Below, piece after piece: positions 34,383 through 37,129 of a DNA stretch of 37,129 nt. Positions within the stretch are counted from its first letter, which is position 1. The number at the start of each line of letters is the position of its first letter. Both the position numbers and the translations under genes were made by a program. The notes under the pieces were generated by a model, which saw only the letters and a list, made by a program, of their open reading frames with translations, ran no database searches and was not told where the DNA came from. Source of the stretch: a virus (taxonomy: Duplodnaviria; Caudoviricetes); the IMG/VR virus record IMGVR_UViG_3300003965_000001, positions 1 through 37,129 of that record. The stretch is one strand, 5' to 3'.

Positions 34383-35055
34383 GGGCCGCACCGGGGCGGG
34401 GGCAACGCAGGACATACATCGCGCGGCGCGGCCACTGCAGGGCCATCCCCGCGTGGGCGGGGGCACCGGGCGTCTGCTCGGCGTGGCTGATCCGGCGATG
34501 GGGCCATCCCCGCGTGGGCGGGGGCACCCGCATAGGTGTTGATGAAGCTGTTCACGACGAAGGGCCATCCCCGCGTGGGCGGGGGCACCCGGCGGCGGCA
34601 GCCTCGTCGTCGGAAGATCGCGGGGCCATCTCCGCGTGGGCGGGGGCACCCGCACTGCCGGAGGAGGACGCCGCCACGGTGAAGGGCCATCCCCGCGTGG
34701 GCGGGGGCACCGAGGCCCCCCCGCAGAAGGCAACGCCGGTGGAGGGGCCATCCCCGCGTGGGCGGGGGCACCGGCACCGGGCGAAGCTGGGCATACTGCG
34801 ACTGGGGGCCATCCCCGCGTGGGCGGGGGCACCCCGAAGATCGTGATGCCGCCGGCGCTCGCGTTGGGGCCATCCCCGCGTGGGCGGGGGCACCGGGTTA
34901 CGGTAGCGTTTCCCGATGCGCTGTGCGGGGCCATCCCCGCGTGGGCGGGGGCACCCTACGGAGCAACCCGCTATCATGCGCCATTCCGGGGCCATCCCCG
35001 CGTGGGCGGGGGCACCAGAGACGCTTTCCCATTGGGGTAGCCGGGGCCGGGGCCA
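34383..35055 (-). CRISPR. Type I-E CRISPR array: 10 full 28-nt repeats (34440-35016, 61-nt period), one degenerate trailer repeat (~34383-34406), one 6-nt repeat stub (35050-35055), 11 spacers of 33 nt; no leader
   Basis: Repeat GGTGCCCCCGCCCACGCGGGGATGGCCC on the minus strand; plus-strand starts 34440, 34501, 34562, 34623 (1 SNP), 34684, 34745, 34806, 34867, 34928, 34989. Confidence 0.97.
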
Positions 35056-35813
35056 AAGGGGAAGAAGCCCTCGTCAGTGTTCGAGGCGATCCAGTCGGCG
35101 AGCGAGAGCAAACCGGCGAACCCGTGCAAGGCGGAGTCGGGCAGCGGGCTCATTCGCTCCACCGCGAGCAGGCTGCCCGGTAGCCAGGCCGCAAGCGCAG
35201 CGCAGAGGGAGCGCGCCTCCGCGACGGGGTCATAGTCCTCCGCCGGCCGCCAGAGCGGCAGGCATCGGTGCGCTTCGAGTTCAAGCGACGCTTGCGGCAG
35301 GGGCGCGCCGTGGTGGCCGAGCGCCGCCAGCAGCAACTTGCCGGCGGGAGTCGCAGGCACGAGGAAGCTCCCGCCCTCGGGGATCGAAATGCGGTGCCCG
35401 CCAGCCGGACGAAAGAGAAGCGGTCCGACCTCCGCGAGATGTCCGGCGATCGGCCCGCCTCCGCGTTCCCCTTTCGGACGCTGCTTGCGCCAGAAGCCGA
35501 GATTGGCTTTGCCGATATCGTGCAGGAAGGCCGCGCCAATCATCGCCGCCTGTTGATCGTCGGTGATCTCGGCACCGGCGAGATGAGCCAACTTCGCCCT
35601 GAGCGACGGGATCGCGATCAGTGCCGCGAAGACGGCCGCCACGTCAGCCGCGTGGTCGGTCAGTGAGAGGTAAGCTACTGGCCATGCATCAGGGGATGGG
35701 CGCTCCAATTTTCCCCAAGCGTGCGAACCGATTGGAGTAAGGTCCGCGCCAACGCCCGCCCGCTGCGGCAGTCCCGATGGTCCGTCGCGCTTGCCCCGAG
35801 TCTGCCGTCCCAT
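34974..35813 (-). pseudogene. cas3: Truncated cas3: HD nuclease domain only, frame runs into the CRISPR array
   Basis: AWGK, DHAADVA, LHDIGKA, GHL, GHHG, LADWIAS motifs; helicase absent; exact start uncertain. Confidence 0.88.
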
Positions 35814-35934
35814 GTCCGAACCGTATCAGCAGGTTGAAAGAAAACCAGCGGCGGGATGCCGACGGGTGAACAGTCTCGCTTCCATAAACGATCTCTGTTA
35901 GAAACGTTCTATGTAGGGCATCCGGACACTCAAA

Positions 35935-36417
35935 TTGAGCAACAAGCCAGGGCCAGACCGCCTCCATCTGGGCGATCCAGGCGTGGTATCGGCCGTGGTG
36001 GGCGCGTATGTCGGCGGCATGGTGCTGCGGGCCGCGCAGGCTGCCGGCGACCCGGTGAAGCAGAACCAAGCCGCGGTGGACGATCAGGCCGCGGCGAAGG
36101 TGTTCATGGCGGTAATCGCCGGGCGCGATCCCGCTTATGCGCCAATGGGATCGTGGAACGCAGGCGAGGAAGGTGGGCTGAAGTCCTGGGTGCGGCACGT
36201 GCTTCGCAAAGTCGTACACCCGGGCATGTTGGCGAAGCCCGATGGACCTTATGAGGCCGTGGCCGCCTACCTGATGGATCGCACCTATACCACGCTGGGT
36301 GAACTCCGTGACGGTGTCACGGAGGAAGAGCTCAGTGCCGCGGTTCAGGACATCGTAAAGGACGGCGTGCGCTTGGTGCTGGGCATCCCTGACCCCCTCC
36401 CCCCGCAAGACTCCTGA
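35935..36417 (+). CDS. Hypothetical helical protein
   Basis: 160-aa ORF with protein-like composition; TTG start uncertain. Confidence 0.6.
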   Translation: MSNKPGPDRLHLGDPGVVSAVVGAYVGGMVLRAAQAAGDPVKQNQAAVDDQAAAKVFMAVIAGRDPAYAPMGSWNAGEEGGLKSWVRHVLRKVVHPGMLAKPDGPYEAVAAYLMDRTYTTLGELRDGVTEEELSAAVQDIVKDGVRLVLGIPDPLPPQDS

Positions 36418-36576
36418 GGCGCTTTCGACCAGCCACGTCCGGCGGCCTTTCGGCATTGCCGAGAGTGGTTCCGCTGGGTCACGATGGTCGTGCGAGGCGT
36501 CCGCGTCGTTCGGCCAGAGCGCGGTTGGGGCGGGAGGCCGGCTGGCCTGGGCAGGTGGCAGGGTTCGGGCCGCGGC

Positions 36577-37029
36577 TTACTCGATAGGCTCCGGGAGGAC
36601 CTTGTTGCTCATCGAACGGGTGCGCCGACCGGTGGTCTTCGAGACCTCGGGAAGGCGCGTCACAGCCGCAAGCGGCGAGTGGAGAAACCGGCGGCCGGAG
36701 ACCCGCGGCTCGCTGCTGCCTTCAATGCCCTGGATCGTCTGGCCCTTCGGCACGATGACGCCGAGCATGTAGGTCAACCAGGCGCGCGCGCCCTCAAGCC
36801 CCAAGGTGTGATACTTTCCCTCCCACTTGAGCGCCGGCCAACGCAGCGTGTCCACCCCGAGAGCACGCGCTGCATGGTGCCTGATGCAGGCACGAAGTCC
36901 CTTGGCTAGACCAGGGCGCACCATCACCAGCCAGTGCAGATGCAGCTTCAAGCGATCCCCAATTCCGACCGCGCAGAAATGGCAATGAGGTTCACGGCGC
37001 TGCCGGAGCCAATGGCGCCCGGCCTCCAT
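36577..37029 (-). CDS. Possible HUH-endonuclease-like protein, perhaps degenerate
   Basis: LHLHWLV HUH-like motif and downstream WLTYML tyrosine. Confidence 0.4.
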   Translation of the reverse strand: MEAGRHWLRQRREPHCHFCAVGIGDRLKLHLHWLVMVRPGLAKGLRACIRHHAARALGVDTLRWPALKWEGKYHTLGLEGARAWLTYMLGVIVPKGQTIQGIEGSSEPRVSGRRFLHSPLAAVTRLPEVSKTTGRRTRSMSNKVLPEPIE

Positions 37030-37129
37030 GAATTGTTGTTAGCCCGGAAAATTCATGAGGCCGGCTGGACCGCGCGAGCGGCGGGCGGCTGACGCGTTGG
37101 CGGAGACGCGGTCGCGTTTGATCCCCACC

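Noticed and set aside
34407-35049. Self-targeting of the adjacent prophage by the remaining spacers
   Set aside because: No match found by eye; an alignment is needed to exclude partial matches
34181-35183. Several ORFs with repeated peptides (CPRPRGDGP, VPPPTRGWP)
   Set aside because: Translations of the CRISPR repeats

Overview
GC-rich window, alphaproteobacterial in appearance (inference). Bases 1-34112 are the right-hand ~34 kb of a temperate podovirus-type prophage. In order it carries a leftward early operon, a CI-like repressor with three visible operators, a rightward early/replication operon (Cro-like HTH, TerS-like protein, primase, P-loop helicase), TerL, portal, scaffold, capsid, head accessories, a holin, tail tube proteins, four internal virion (ejection) proteins and a tailspike. 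It ends at an attR made of the 3' half of tRNA-Thr(CGT). Downstream is a type I-E CRISPR array fused by a deletion, inside a repeat, to the HD-nuclease half of cas3, then two uncharacterised ORFs. The best candidate for a new system is the ejection module. The largest internal virion protein carries an inserted zeta-toxin-like P-loop kinase, followed by a ~69-codon gene overprinted in the +1 frame (candidate antitoxin). The preceding ejection protein carries a DdrB-like ParB domain. Also notable are two antisense genes inside the early operon, each overlaid by a translationally coupled sense-strand ORF. All family assignments come from motif recognition and gene order; no database search was run.
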